A DNA stretch of 64,000 nt from Candidatus Bathyarchaeota archaeon (GCA_963775465.1 CAVZIW010000003.1:256001-320000), one strand, 5' to 3'; shown: positions 31,387 through 41,825, counted from the stretch's first letter. Notes: generated by a model from the letters alone, not told the origin. Numbers and translations are program-made.

Positions 31387-32349
31387 TTGGAGCATAGACT
31401 TGGTTCTCATGCTGTAAAAATCGCAATTGTAGGTGTTGGGTCTGTTGGAGCATCTTTTGCCTACTCTTTAATGATTCGTGGATTTGCATCAGAAATTATC
31501 CTGATTGATCGTGACAAGAAAAAAGCTCAAGGAGAAGCCATGGACCTTGAACACGGTCTGCCTTTTGTGTTACCCGTGAAAATTTCAGCGGGGGAATATT
31601 CAGACTGTGCAGGTGCAGATATTGTGGTGCTCACTGCTGGTTCAGCTCAGAAGCCAGGAGAATCAAGACTAAACCTTGTAGATAGGAACGTCTCTATTTT
31701 CAAACAGATAATTCCTGAAATAACGAAGTTCAACAAGAACTGTATTCTTCTGGTTGCTACTAACCCAGTTGATGTAATGACCTTTGCCGCTCTAAAACTA
31801 TCCAAATTTCCAACAAACAGAGTTATTGGTTCGGGCACAGTACTAGATACCTCACGGCTCCGATCGCTATTGGGTGACCATTTTAAGATCGATTCAAGAA
31901 ACGTTCACGCATACATAATAGGTGAGCACGGCGATAGCGAAGTGCCAGTTTGGAGTTCCGCTAACATAGCAGGGGTAAAACTAAAAGAGTACTGCCCAAT
32001 CTGCGGCATGAAATATGACCAACCCTATCTGGACAAGATCTTTGAGCAGGTAAAAAATGCGGCTTACAAGATAATTGAATTAAAAGGCAGCACCTATTAT
32101 GCCATAGGTTTGGGCTTGACCCGAATCGTAGAAAGCATTGTCCGAGACGAAAACACAATTCTAACTGTTTCAAGCCTAATGAATGACTACTATGGGGTCA
32201 GCGATGTTTGCTTAAGCGTTCCAACAATAATTAATAGACATGGCATTGCTCAAACAATTAGACTACCGTTAGAAGACAGCGAAATTAAGATGCTTCAAAA
32301 TTCAGCATCTGTTTTGAAGAAAGTGATACACCCTTTGAACATTGGCTAG
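31387..32349 (+). CDS. ldh: L-lactate dehydrogenase
   Basis: GVGSVG; AQKPGESRL (Gln at the specificity position); NPVD, GEHGDS. Confidence 0.9.
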   Translation: MEHRLGSHAVKIAIVGVGSVGASFAYSLMIRGFASEIILIDRDKKKAQGEAMDLEHGLPFVLPVKISAGEYSDCAGADIVVLTAGSAQKPGESRLNLVDRNVSIFKQIIPEITKFNKNCILLVATNPVDVMTFAALKLSKFPTNRVIGSGTVLDTSRLRSLLGDHFKIDSRNVHAYIIGEHGDSEVPVWSSANIAGVKLKEYCPICGMKYDQPYLDKIFEQVKNAAYKIIELKGSTYYAIGLGLTRIVESIVRDENTILTVSSLMNDYYGVSDVCLSVPTIINRHGIAQTIRLPLEDSEIKMLQNSASVLKKVIHPLNIG

Positions 32350-32363
32350 CTGGAACGCAATTT

Positions 32364-34451
32364 ATGAAGAAAGAAAATCACAGTATGCATGCTGGAATGC
32401 AACACGAAATGCCAAAGGAAAGCATGAAGGGAATGCAGCATGACGCCTCAATGCATATGATGCATACTGGAATGTTCAAGAAGCGTTTCTTTATCTGCCT
32501 TGTTTTCACTATTCCTGTTCTGCTTCTCTCCCAAGCTATTCAGACTTGGTTTCATTACTCCCTTTCCATCCCCTTCCAAAGTTACATATTGCTGATTTTA
32601 GCCACAATTATTTATGTTTACGGCGGTTGGCCCTTTCTTAAAGGACTAACTCAGGAGATAAGAAAGCTACAGCCGGGAATGATGACGCTAATAGCAACGG
32701 CAATATCTGTAGCTTTCTTCTTTTCCGCAGCCACGGTCTTCTTCCCGGTTGGTAGTGATTTTTTCTGGGAACTGGCAACTTTGATTGATGTGATGCTTTT
32801 TGGACACTGGATAGAAGCTAGAAGCGTTCTGGGTGCTTCCAGAGCTCTGGAAGAGCTTGTGAAGATAATGCCTACAATGGCGCATGTTGTGGTCGGTGGA
32901 GACATCAAAGATGTGCCCTTTTCTGAGTTGAAGGTAGGTGACCTAATTCTAGTTCGTCCTGGAGAAAAGATACCATCAGACGGCATAGTTACTGATGGAG
33001 AATCATACGTTAATGAAGCATTGCTGACTGGCGAATCTAAACCAGTTCATAAAATGAAAGGAAACAAGGTTATTGGCGGCGCAATAAACGGAGATGGAGC
33101 AATCAGAGCCAAGATTGAGAAAACTGGAGAAGAGACTTATTTGGCTCAAGTAATAAAGCTCGTGAGGCAAGCCCAGGAAAGTAGGTCTAGAACCCAAGAC
33201 CTCGCTAACAGGGCAGCTGCCCTTCTGTTCTATGTTGCTGTCTCGGTGGGGGTAATAACTTATGGGGTATGGGCATTGCTGGGAAATGCACAATTCGCGC
33301 TAACACGTACCGTTACAGTTCTCGTTATAGCATGCCCGCATGCGCTTGGCTTAGCGATACCTCTAGTCGTTGCTCTATCAACCTCAATAACCGCGAAAAG
33401 TGGGATCTTAATCAGAGACAGAAAAGCCTTCGAAACAGTCAAAGACGTGAATGCAGTAGTTTTTGACAAGACCGGAACTCTCACAACAGGTCAATTTGGT
33501 GTAAGCGATGTGGTCTCGTACATTTCGGAAGATAAGCTTTTGCAGTTTTCTAGTTCGATTGAGAAGAATTCTGAACATATTATCGGAAAAGCAATCGTAA
33601 ATTATGCCAAAGAGAAAGAAATCAAGATTCCTCAAGCAAAAAGCTTCAAAGCTATTCCAGGTAAGGGTGCGGAAGGAATGGTTGAAGGCAAGAAAGTGTA
33701 TGTTGGAAGCCCCAGCCTTCTAAGCGAATTGAAAATTGACCTAAACGACCAGAAAGTTCTTGCGTTACAAGAAGACGGTAAAACAGTAGTTTTCACTGTT
33801 GTCGATGGAAAACTTGCTGGCGCTTTTGCTTTAGCCGATACGATACGTGAAGAGTCTCGTGCAGCAATCAGTAACTTGAAATCGAAGGGGGTAAAAGTTT
33901 ACATGTTAACCGGCGATGCTGAAGCAGTTGCGAAAGGCGTTTCAAAGGAACTTGGGATTGATGATTATTTTGCTCAGGTCCTTCCAGATCAGAAGGCTGA
34001 CAAAATAAAATTCTTAAAAGAGAAAGGTTACCGTGTTGCCATGGTTGGCGATGGCATCAATGATGCTCCTGCTTTGGTTACTGCTGATGTTGGCATTGCA
34101 ATTGGCGCCGGAACTGATGTTGCGATTGAGAGTGCAGACATTATTCTTGTGAAGAATGATCCTAGGGATGTACCCAAAGTAGCTGACCTATCCAAGAAAA
34201 CTTATTCCAAGATGGTGCAGAATCTCTGGTGGGCTGCAGGCTACAACATATTTGCAATACCATTAGCTGCAGGCATTCTAGTCAATTTTGGGGTAGTTAT
34301 TGATCCAGCGGTAGGTGCGATTTTGATGTCTTTGAGTACTATTTTAGTGGCAATCAACAGCCAGACACTGCGGAGATATGAACCTAAAACCGAAATGTCA
34401 ATGGACAAGTCACCTAATCATCAACACGATACGGCGTCAAGTATGCATTAA
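32364..34451 (+). CDS. copB: Copper-exporting P1B-3 ATPase
   Basis: His/Met-rich N-terminus, TGES, CPH, DKTGT, GDGINDAP, YN and MSLS motifs. Confidence 0.93.
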   Translation: MKKENHSMHAGMQHEMPKESMKGMQHDASMHMMHTGMFKKRFFICLVFTIPVLLLSQAIQTWFHYSLSIPFQSYILLILATIIYVYGGWPFLKGLTQEIRKLQPGMMTLIATAISVAFFFSAATVFFPVGSDFFWELATLIDVMLFGHWIEARSVLGASRALEELVKIMPTMAHVVVGGDIKDVPFSELKVGDLILVRPGEKIPSDGIVTDGESYVNEALLTGESKPVHKMKGNKVIGGAINGDGAIRAKIEKTGEETYLAQVIKLVRQAQESRSRTQDLANRAAALLFYVAVSVGVITYGVWALLGNAQFALTRTVTVLVIACPHALGLAIPLVVALSTSITAKSGILIRDRKAFETVKDVNAVVFDKTGTLTTGQFGVSDVVSYISEDKLLQFSSSIEKNSEHIIGKAIVNYAKEKEIKIPQAKSFKAIPGKGAEGMVEGKKVYVGSPSLLSELKIDLNDQKVLALQEDGKTVVFTVVDGKLAGAFALADTIREESRAAISNLKSKGVKVYMLTGDAEAVAKGVSKELGIDDYFAQVLPDQKADKIKFLKEKGYRVAMVGDGINDAPALVTADVGIAIGAGTDVAIESADIILVKNDPRDVPKVADLSKKTYSKMVQNLWWAAGYNIFAIPLAAGILVNFGVVIDPAVGAILMSLSTILVAINSQTLRRYEPKTEMSMDKSPNHQHDTASSMH

Positions 34452-34544
34452 CTAACTAATGTTGCAAAAGGCGCGTTAAGAGCACACTAGGTGAAAATGC
34501 AAAATTGGCAAAATTATTCTGGTTAATAGAATTTACGGAAAAAT

Positions 34545-34760
34545 GTAAGTACTTTCCTGAGCCCAGCTCAAAATATATTTTCAAAGTGCTATCTGAAAAA
34601 ACTTCACTATACCGTTTATATCCTGAAAAGAAAAGTCACAAATATCGCCAAAGGACCAATTGACAGCCGAAGCTTCAAAGAACTCAACTTACAAGTTGAC
34701 GTTATGCCTCAAGTTACATTTTCGAGAAAGCATTGGTGCCGTTAGCAGAATTTTTGGTGC
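34545..34760 (+). pseudogene. Possible degraded uroporphyrinogen-III synthase (HemD) 3' remnant
   Basis: Across frameshifts reads KVT.IA.GP.TAEA.KELNLQVDVMP..YIFEKALVPLAEF. Confidence 0.35.
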
Positions 34761-34952
34761 ATTTCCTTCGACACTCTTCTGTATTTTTTATGAATAAATT
34801 TGCTTTTATGCTTTAAACTAGGCCAACAAAAGAGAATAGTTAGATCCAGCCTCTTTCACGACAGCAGAGTTGTCTAATGCAAGAGGAGCTAGTAAGAGGA
34901 TGGCAAGTCTTAAAAGCTAAATAGCCAAACTAAAGCTAAGCAGGTTGGCCAT

Positions 34953-35294
34953 ATGGTAGTTGAAAAAACAATACAGAAAGTTCCAGTGTTGTCTTTTGCG
35001 TTAATGTCTGCATGCATCGGCGCTGTCATTGGAATAATTGTTGGCATATTCTATGCTGTAACCTTTGGCATAATCCTCTCATCTATCCCTTCAGCCTCAA
35101 GTTCTGCTACTGTTATTCCAAGTGTGTTTGGTCTTTTCTTAGGTATTGGAGCCATAATAGTAGTTCCCATAGTGGCTTTTGTTGGAGGCTTAATCCAAGG
35201 GGCAATAATTGCATTGGTCTACAACTTTCTTGCACCAAGAATCGGCGGCATCAAAGTACAATTCAAAGAAGACAACCCAACAATCAGTACTTAG
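34953..35294 (+). CDS. Membrane protein (DUF3566-like)
   Basis: Two TM segments ending in YNFLAPRIGGIKV. Confidence 0.7.
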   Translation: MVVEKTIQKVPVLSFALMSACIGAVIGIIVGIFYAVTFGIILSSIPSASSSATVIPSVFGLFLGIGAIIVVPIVAFVGGLIQGAIIALVYNFLAPRIGGIKVQFKEDNPTIST

Positions 35295-35973
35295 CATCAT
35301 ACCCTCTTCTTTTTTCTCTAACGATGGGAACCACAAACTCCAAAACAACAAGCAATAATATTATTCCGATGACTAATGGCAGGGCTAAAGAATTTTGTTT
35401 CATCAGAAGTGTTACCCAACCAAGTAATGGGATACGCATAATGACTCTGCCTTCGATAGCACCGGTAGTGACTCCTTTACCTGTATGCCAGATTGTGTGA
35501 GAATCCCAATCGTTCTCTGAAGGGATGGCTGGATACTTAACACTCGGGTTTCCGTCACCTTTAGTTTGGAAATATAATGTTCCGTTAATTTTTTGAACTT
35601 CAACTATACGGTGGACAATCGGAGTCCCCGTTGGGTCAGTAGGGGGTTTGTAAACTATGATATCGCTGTTAGGGTAATTCGTGTTCAAGTCTTTTGGGTC
35701 AACTTTTTGAATAACAATTATGTCGCCTGTGTCGAGAGTTCTATCAAAGGGATGTTCTATAGTTAAAAAGAAATCGCTCAGAGAGTATGGTGGTCCCTTT
35801 ATGAAGTTAAGAGTAAGACTCATGCTGCCGCTTTCAACTACCCTAAAAGGAACAGAAGTGTTCAAACCTAATTGTAAACCAAAGTAAGAACTGATAATTA
35901 TACCAACAATTAGAAAAATAACTATGACAGATTTAAAGTGGACATTATGTAGGATCCTGCTTATGCTATTCAA
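35284..35973 (-). CDS. Signal peptidase I (Sec11-type)
   Basis: VVESGSM, GDIIV, PIVHRI, TKGDGN. Confidence 0.9.
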   Translation of the reverse strand: MNSISRILHNVHFKSVIVIFLIVGIIISSYFGLQLGLNTSVPFRVVESGSMSLTLNFIKGPPYSLSDFFLTIEHPFDRTLDTGDIIVIQKVDPKDLNTNYPNSDIIVYKPPTDPTGTPIVHRIVEVQKINGTLYFQTKGDGNPSVKYPAIPSENDWDSHTIWHTGKGVTTGAIEGRVIMRIPLLGWVTLLMKQNSLALPLVIGIILLLVVLEFVVPIVREKRRGYDAKY

Positions 35974-36056
35974 CTAATTCCCTTAAAACAAATATCTTTT
36001 TATGTTATTTATAAAGAAACATCTTAAAAAAGTGTATAACTTTTCAAGCGACAGCG

Positions 36057-37559
36057 CTAATCGGTTGCATAAATGATTTTTCCGTATTTGCCAGCGACAG
36101 GGTATGAAGAGTCATTGTAGACAATGTCTAAGTGCATACCGTAAGTTGCCAGTGCACTCTGCAGACTGTTCCAGACTTGCGGTGATGTTGTATCTGCCTG
36201 CCAGAGTCCCCATATGTTGTCTTGTGGGTTACGCATTCCCCAACCATAATTCTGGGGTAAAACAAGAGCCGCCTCTGCTTCGATACCGCCATTAACTACA
36301 CTTTGATTGTTAATCGTGTCAGTCCATAACTTCTGGAGCGCCTCAAAATGCTCCTCCTGCAGGGTGCCGTAAGGATTATTGGCTGGATAGGTTGGGTAAT
36401 TGAAGACTACAAGGTATTTTGCGCCTGCTTCATAGGCTTGGTGTAGTTGGTTATAAATTTCTTCTCCGCTGCCTAAGTAGGGGCCGTATTGTCCATTTGG
36501 AAAATTAATGCGTTCTGGATACGTATATTTCCATGTGATGATTGCGCCCCAATCTTTACTCTGCATAGATGCGGCTCCACGCGACAAAGCAATATCCTGG
36601 GTGGTAGTATGGTTCCAGCCTAGCTCTGCAAACACAACGTCATAGCCACCTTTGTAATCGTACCAGTAGAGTGCATAATCAGAGGTGAACGCTTTCGAGG
36701 TTGTCTGGCTGTGTAGCCAGCTGGTGCTGTTTTGGATTGTGCCAACAAAAATCTGTGCTGTTTCATCGTAGTTCTGGAAGGGCTTTGCTGCCATTATCTG
36801 TTCGTACGAATCAATTTTTGGAAGGATACTGGTGTCGTTTAGTTGTGATGCTATATTGCCGTCATTATCGAGTTGAAAGACTGCTCCGTCAGGTTGAATA
36901 ATATAATCTGTATACTCTAAGTGGCCACTTGAGTTTTGATCTCCTAACTTAATTTGAATTGTTCCGTCTGTGTTATAAGATATACTAGTATTGGCAGTTC
37001 TTACATGTACGTAACCATCGTTGGCAAAAAATAGGTGTGTACCGTTCTCCTCAGTAACTTCTATTGCTTGAGCTTTTCGAATTATGCTATGCGTTTCTGG
37101 GTTGTACATGTTAACATCTATTGCATCAAGCATTTTGCCGCCTGGTTCATCGTCGAAATAGATGCCTAACAGATTGTTGCCCCATACATTGCTAGTTGAA
37201 AGAAACTCGTTGATGTATTGCCTGTACGTTGGCACTGCGCTGAAATAAACAATAATGTGAAGTCCATTGTCGACTGCGTAGCGGCAAATGGTGTTTGTGG
37301 CGTCAATATTTTTTTGGAGGTTGCCAGATTGTAGGATAAAGAGGTTGGTGTAGTTTTTGACTTTGTCGATTAGCATTTTGGCTTCGGTTACATTCTCACC
37401 GCAATAGGTTACACCGATATAGACTGATGCGTCTGGCAGCGGCTGAGTTGGTTCGTTGATGCTGTTGCCTGCGAAGAGACCGCTGTTGAATAGAAAAAAA
37501 GAGGCTAACAGAACGGCTGCAATAGCTAAAACGGCTGAAACAGCGACTAATCTTCTCAA
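36057..37559 (-). CDS. Secreted protein of a DEPGG / FTSDYALYWYDY family (paralog 1)
   Basis: N-terminal signal/TM; motifs shared with 38082-39449. Confidence 0.85.
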   Translation of the reverse strand: MRRLVAVSAVLAIAAVLLASFFLFNSGLFAGNSINEPTQPLPDASVYIGVTYCGENVTEAKMLIDKVKNYTNLFILQSGNLQKNIDATNTICRYAVDNGLHIIVYFSAVPTYRQYINEFLSTSNVWGNNLLGIYFDDEPGGKMLDAIDVNMYNPETHSIIRKAQAIEVTEENGTHLFFANDGYVHVRTANTSISYNTDGTIQIKLGDQNSSGHLEYTDYIIQPDGAVFQLDNDGNIASQLNDTSILPKIDSYEQIMAAKPFQNYDETAQIFVGTIQNSTSWLHSQTTSKAFTSDYALYWYDYKGGYDVVFAELGWNHTTTQDIALSRGAASMQSKDWGAIITWKYTYPERINFPNGQYGPYLGSGEEIYNQLHQAYEAGAKYLVVFNYPTYPANNPYGTLQEEHFEALQKLWTDTINNQSVVNGGIEAEAALVLPQNYGWGMRNPQDNIWGLWQADTTSPQVWNSLQSALATYGMHLDIVYNDSSYPVAGKYGKIIYATD

Positions 37560-37767
37560 ACCATGCTCTCTCTATGATGGCATAAAGAGCATTTTTTATA
37601 AACTTTTGTAATAATTTGCTCGGCAAGTTCAGATTGCTGGTCCAGTTGGTGTTGAAGTACATTTACTGCAACCTAAAACACGCTAATAATGTGACCTTTC
37701 TTTTTTAAAATGCAGGGTCCATTAAGCTTTAAACAAAGATTCCTATCGAGGTCAAAGAAATTAACGC

Positions 37768-37995
37768 TTATTTTTCACATTTCTTACAGTTCTTTACGCC
37801 CACAAAAAAACCAAATAAGGCTCCGCACAACAGAAACGTGAAGGTAAATGAAATCGGAGTATAATCATATTTTAAGATTATTTGAATATCAACATAAATG
37901 CCGAGAAGCATGAACCCTACGGCAAACAGCAAAACAGCGCTAAGAACAATCAAAGCCTTACGCGCATTTTTGTTAATATTGACCAATGCGGGCAC
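37768..37995 (-). CDS. Small two-TM membrane protein
   Basis: 75 aa hydrophobic ORF. Confidence 0.55.
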   Translation of the reverse strand: MPALVNINKNARKALIVLSAVLLFAVGFMLLGIYVDIQIILKYDYTPISFTFTFLLCGALFGFFVGVKNCKKCEK

Positions 37996-38081
37996 TTCTT
38001 TATGATCATTCTTGAACGTTTAATGTCTTTGGTTCAGTTTGGTTATAAAGTTTTGCAGTCAATCTTTTAGGAAGATTTTTT

Positions 38082-39449
38082 ATGCGGCCTTATGTTAAAA
38101 TAATGTTCGGGGGATCAAGCATTACGAAAAGTAAACAGTTCGCTTTAGTTGTCGTTGCTTTTCTGGTTCTTCAACTCTTTTTCCCTAATGTTTTCGTGGC
38201 GAATAGTCATGCCAAGACAACCCCCAATATCTACTTTGGCGTTGACATAGCCTATGGATCCACCGCCGAAGCAAAGGCAGAAATCGACCAAGTCAGCAGC
38301 TACACAAACATAGTGGTATTTGGAAGCACTCAAGTGACTTGGTTCCAGAACAGAGTAAACGAAACTTACCAGTACGCGTACGACAGAGGCTTGTCAATCA
38401 TAAGTTTGCGCCCATCTCTTTTCCGATATAGTACCACAGAATTGAACGAGACTGAATGGTTTCAGGCAGCTCAAAACCGGTGGGGGGACAGTTTGTTAGG
38501 GTTTTACATTATGGATGAGCCAGGCGGAAGACAGATAGACGGCACCCAAACTTTCACGTGGAACAACTACACGGGTACTCCGAGCAGTTATTCTGAGGCG
38601 GCAAACATGTTTACTTCGGGAATCTCCAATTTCTTAACCAGCCAAAAAACACCATCCTACTACAAAACCTTCACATCTGACTATGCACTTTACTGGTACG
38701 ATTACAAAGCAGGCTACGACACAGTCTGGACGGAATTAGGCGGAAACAACAGTCAACAAATAAACATTGCACTCTGCAGAGCAGCAGCTCAAGCCCACAA
38801 CAAAGACTGGGGCGCCATAATTACTTGGAGTTATACGAACGATCCTTGGATTGAAAACGGCACTCAACTCTACGAAGATATGCTCTTAGCCTACGATAAT
38901 GGGGCAAAATATGTCATTGTTTTTGATAGCGACGAAAACGGTCACAGTATCCTTCAAGCAGAGCATCTTGAAGCTATGCAGCGCTTCTGGAACTACGTTC
39001 AAAACAACCACCCCAAAAACAGCTATCTCAAAAGTGAACGGGTCGCCTATGTTCTTCCAGACGCTTACGGTTTTGGTTTTCGATGGCCAACAGACCATAT
39101 TTGGGGCATATGGCAAGCCGATGAACTCACAGCAAACATCAGCCTTAGCATCGGTACACTCCTAAAGCAGTATGATGAAAAACTCGACATAATATATGAT
39201 GACCACCTGCAACAAGGAACTAATGGATATAGCCAACTCCTCTACTGGAACGCATACGACCCAACACCTTCACCTTCACTCTCACCAACACTCTCCCCTA
39301 CTCAACTTCCAACGAATAACACCGGGCCAGAACCGCCCAAAATAGAGTTATTTCCTACCACACTTGTGGTCACTGTTTCTGCAGCAGCAGTCGCCTTAGC
39401 GGTTACTAGTTTTTTGATCTACCACAAAAAAACAAAAGTGAAGGTTTAG
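38082..39449 (+). CDS. Secreted protein of a DEPGG / FTSDYALYWYDY family (paralog 2) with PT linker and C-terminal anchor
   Basis: Signal peptide, shared motifs, PTPSPS linker, FPT-TM-YHKK tail. Confidence 0.85.
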   Translation: MRPYVKIMFGGSSITKSKQFALVVVAFLVLQLFFPNVFVANSHAKTTPNIYFGVDIAYGSTAEAKAEIDQVSSYTNIVVFGSTQVTWFQNRVNETYQYAYDRGLSIISLRPSLFRYSTTELNETEWFQAAQNRWGDSLLGFYIMDEPGGRQIDGTQTFTWNNYTGTPSSYSEAANMFTSGISNFLTSQKTPSYYKTFTSDYALYWYDYKAGYDTVWTELGGNNSQQINIALCRAAAQAHNKDWGAIITWSYTNDPWIENGTQLYEDMLLAYDNGAKYVIVFDSDENGHSILQAEHLEAMQRFWNYVQNNHPKNSYLKSERVAYVLPDAYGFGFRWPTDHIWGIWQADELTANISLSIGTLLKQYDEKLDIIYDDHLQQGTNGYSQLLYWNAYDPTPSPSLSPTLSPTQLPTNNTGPEPPKIELFPTTLVVTVSAAAVALAVTSFLIYHKKTKVKV

Positions 39450-39515
39450 TCAAGAAATCTTGACGGACCCTCTGAAAGAGTTAGTCAATAAAGTTTGACG
39501 AAAAAGCTCTTATTT
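39446..39515 (+). promoter_or_regulatory. Tandem GTCAA...TTGAC palindromes followed by BRE/TATA-like sequence
   Basis: ttagtcaagaaatcttgacg and ttagtcaataaagtttgacg, then aaaaagctcttattt ~25 nt before ATG 39538. Confidence 0.45.
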
Positions 39516-39537
39516 GTTTGAATTTTAGGTTGAGATT

Positions 39538-40410
39538 ATGAAAACAACGATTCTAGTTGCGGCTGCTGTCGTTGCTGTTCTGATTTTTGGAGTATTATCC
39601 TTAAGCTACTACCTTACTCCTGAACCCCATGTTGAGATAACGAGTTTTAACTCGGCAGGGACATCGTCTGGTTCCAGTTATGGCATCGTGAATATATGGT
39701 TTGTTTTAAACCTGACCAATAACGGGACAGGTGACGTCGAGAACCTAACCATCACTTTTAGCACCAACACAACCGTTGAAAGCAACCAACAAATAATATA
39801 CACCAATTCTACACCTCCATACGATCACATTGTTGAATTTGAGATGGGGGAAACGTGCCTATTAGGGGACCTCAACGCAGGGGAAACAAAAGGTTTCATG
39901 TTCTGCTGGACTGTTAGCTTGGATTTTGATGCGCCTCCCTTAACTGCCACCTTAAAATCTAATGAGGCAATATTGGACCAAGCAACAGTAACAATTCCAC
40001 CAATACCCAATGTTAAGATAACCCATTTTGTCTACACGGGTGTTTTTCATGGTACCAAACTTGGTCCTATGCTTGATTTGTTCTCTTTGAGCTATACTAA
40101 TCTTGGAACAACTGATGTCAAAGACTTGACGGTTACTCTCAATACCTGCAAAACTACTGAAAATTACACAGACCCATATGACCGTCATAACATCCCCGGA
40201 TATAATCCATACGACTTTCTTGATGAAACTGTTAATGGAGAAACCTATTTATTAGAAAGCCTCAAGGCAAAGGAAACAAAAAACTTCGAGAAGACATATT
40301 CTCTGCAAGGTGGGTTCTTGTTAGTTCAGCCTTTTGCCCTTACTGCCACCTTAAAAGCCAATGACACAATCCTAGACCAAGCAACAATAACGATTTCCTA
40401 TAACGGATAA
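39538..40410 (+). CDS. Membrane-anchored protein with two tandem Ig/CARDB-like domains
   Basis: TNNGTGDVENLTITF...LTATLKSNEAILDQATVTI repeated as TNLGTTDVKDLTVTL...LTATLKANDTILDQATITI. Confidence 0.8.
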   Translation: MKTTILVAAAVVAVLIFGVLSLSYYLTPEPHVEITSFNSAGTSSGSSYGIVNIWFVLNLTNNGTGDVENLTITFSTNTTVESNQQIIYTNSTPPYDHIVEFEMGETCLLGDLNAGETKGFMFCWTVSLDFDAPPLTATLKSNEAILDQATVTIPPIPNVKITHFVYTGVFHGTKLGPMLDLFSLSYTNLGTTDVKDLTVTLNTCKTTENYTDPYDRHNIPGYNPYDFLDETVNGETYLLESLKAKETKNFEKTYSLQGGFLLVQPFALTATLKANDTILDQATITISYNG

Positions 40411-40498
40411 CCGTTTAAAACCACCGTACTAATTTCTTGGATTCGACAGATCTAAGTTATCTATCCGCGACCTATTGTTGGTATTGTTTGTTTTTTTT

Positions 40499-40610
40499 GA
40501 GTGATATTGAGACAGGCAGAGACAGATGGACTGACAGACATTATTCACGGGGGCGTGCGTGTGAGTAAGAGTAAAGATTAAATTTTAATTTTTAATCCAA
40601 CGACTCAAAC
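40499..40610 (+). repeat. Dispersed non-coding element, copy A
   Basis: GACAGACA-ATTCACGGGGGCGTGCGTGTGAGTAAGAGTAAA-GATTAAATTTTAAT-ACTCAAAC. Confidence 0.9.
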
Positions 40611-40616
40611 TATCAA

Positions 40617-41525
40617 TCAGGGTTTGGTTCCATAACAGAATATAACATCGTCCGTTATCCGCGTGACTTTCTTTTTTTCAAAGTAACTTCGAGTCTTCTC
40701 AGAATCTGCAACAATTTTATCCGCAGGAAATTTTGAATACCAATATGAAGCTGATATTGCAGCAAAAAAATCGTACGCTTGTCCACCAGATAGGAAATCA
40801 TTCCGCCATATCGCCCTAAATGTTCTTGTGTTTGTGAGCCCAGCTTGAGTAAGCATGTTTTCAATTTCAATGTCTGTGCGTGGCCACCATTCCATTCGGT
40901 AACCAAGGACGTACCTTTTAGTTATGGCTCTGAGGCTAGCGTCTATTGCTTCCCAGTAATGTTCAGGACCATGTGCTCCAACAGAAACTAACCCGCCAGA
41001 ACGCGTAACCCTTGCCATCTCAGCAATCGCCTTCCCTTGATCAGGCAACAAGCCCAAGGTCATTCCCGTAATCGTAACATCAAATGTGTCTTTCTCGAAG
41101 GGCAATGATTCCGCATCAAGTTGGCGAAAAACAACTCGTTCTTCGTTGTATCCTTCAGAGGTCGCTTTTTTTATGGCTAAATCAAGCATGTACTGTGAAA
41201 TGTCACCACAGACCACTCTTGAAGCTCCGTTTTCTAAAGCGATTAATGATGAAACACCAGTGCCACAACCAACATCCAAAACCTCTTTCCCTTGGAAATC
41301 TATTTCATCTAACTGCATGCGGGCAGATTTGAGCTGAAATGCTAATCCGAGATCATCGTATTTTTCAACATGATTAGAAAATGCACCATTATACCCTTGT
41401 TTTACCCGTTCCTTCATAGCAGTCGTATTCTTAACATTTCCACTCATCCATGCTATTGCGTTGCTAAAATTAACCAATAACATCATTGATTTTGTGAGTT
41501 TTCCCGTCCAAAATATTGGAGGCAT
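40617..41525 (-). CDS. Class I SAM-dependent methyltransferase
   Basis: VLDVGCGTG, DAESLPF, FDV, EMARV. Confidence 0.9.
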   Translation of the reverse strand: MPPIFWTGKLTKSMMLLVNFSNAIAWMSGNVKNTTAMKERVKQGYNGAFSNHVEKYDDLGLAFQLKSARMQLDEIDFQGKEVLDVGCGTGVSSLIALENGASRVVCGDISQYMLDLAIKKATSEGYNEERVVFRQLDAESLPFEKDTFDVTITGMTLGLLPDQGKAIAEMARVTRSGGLVSVGAHGPEHYWEAIDASLRAITKRYVLGYRMEWWPRTDIEIENMLTQAGLTNTRTFRAIWRNDFLSGGQAYDFFAAISASYWYSKFPADKIVADSEKTRSYFEKKKVTRITDDVIFCYGTKP

Positions 41526-41612
41526 GTTTTTTTGCTTCCTTTAGACTTAAACCTAACTTTTACTATCGGTGACTTTCAATATAAAACTTAATCATTCTAA
41601 TCTGCATTATTG

Positions 41613-41825
41613 CGTATACTCGATTCTTATTATATCTATATGATTTATTCTTCTGCGTATCTCTTGAATCCTGTATACTGCCTTATTCCTTTAGCTACTA
41701 AGCCATGGTGGTGGATTAAAATTTAGTGCTCTCTCTCTTTTGCTACTGCATATGTACGTTTACTCTTACTCACACACAAGCCCCCGTGAATATATATATT
41801 GTTTGTCGATCTGTCTATCACTCCA
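41613..41825 (-). repeat. Dispersed non-coding element, copy B (longest, inverted relative to A)
   Basis: Core at 41759-41791 (tttactcttactcacacacaagcccccgtgaat); palindrome at 41714; CT tract. Confidence 0.9.

Noticed and set aside
34846-34902. Alternative CCTCTT/AAGAGG pairings resembling a riboswitch
   Set aside because: Short stems, apparently upstream of the TATA-like box, no known aptamer consensus
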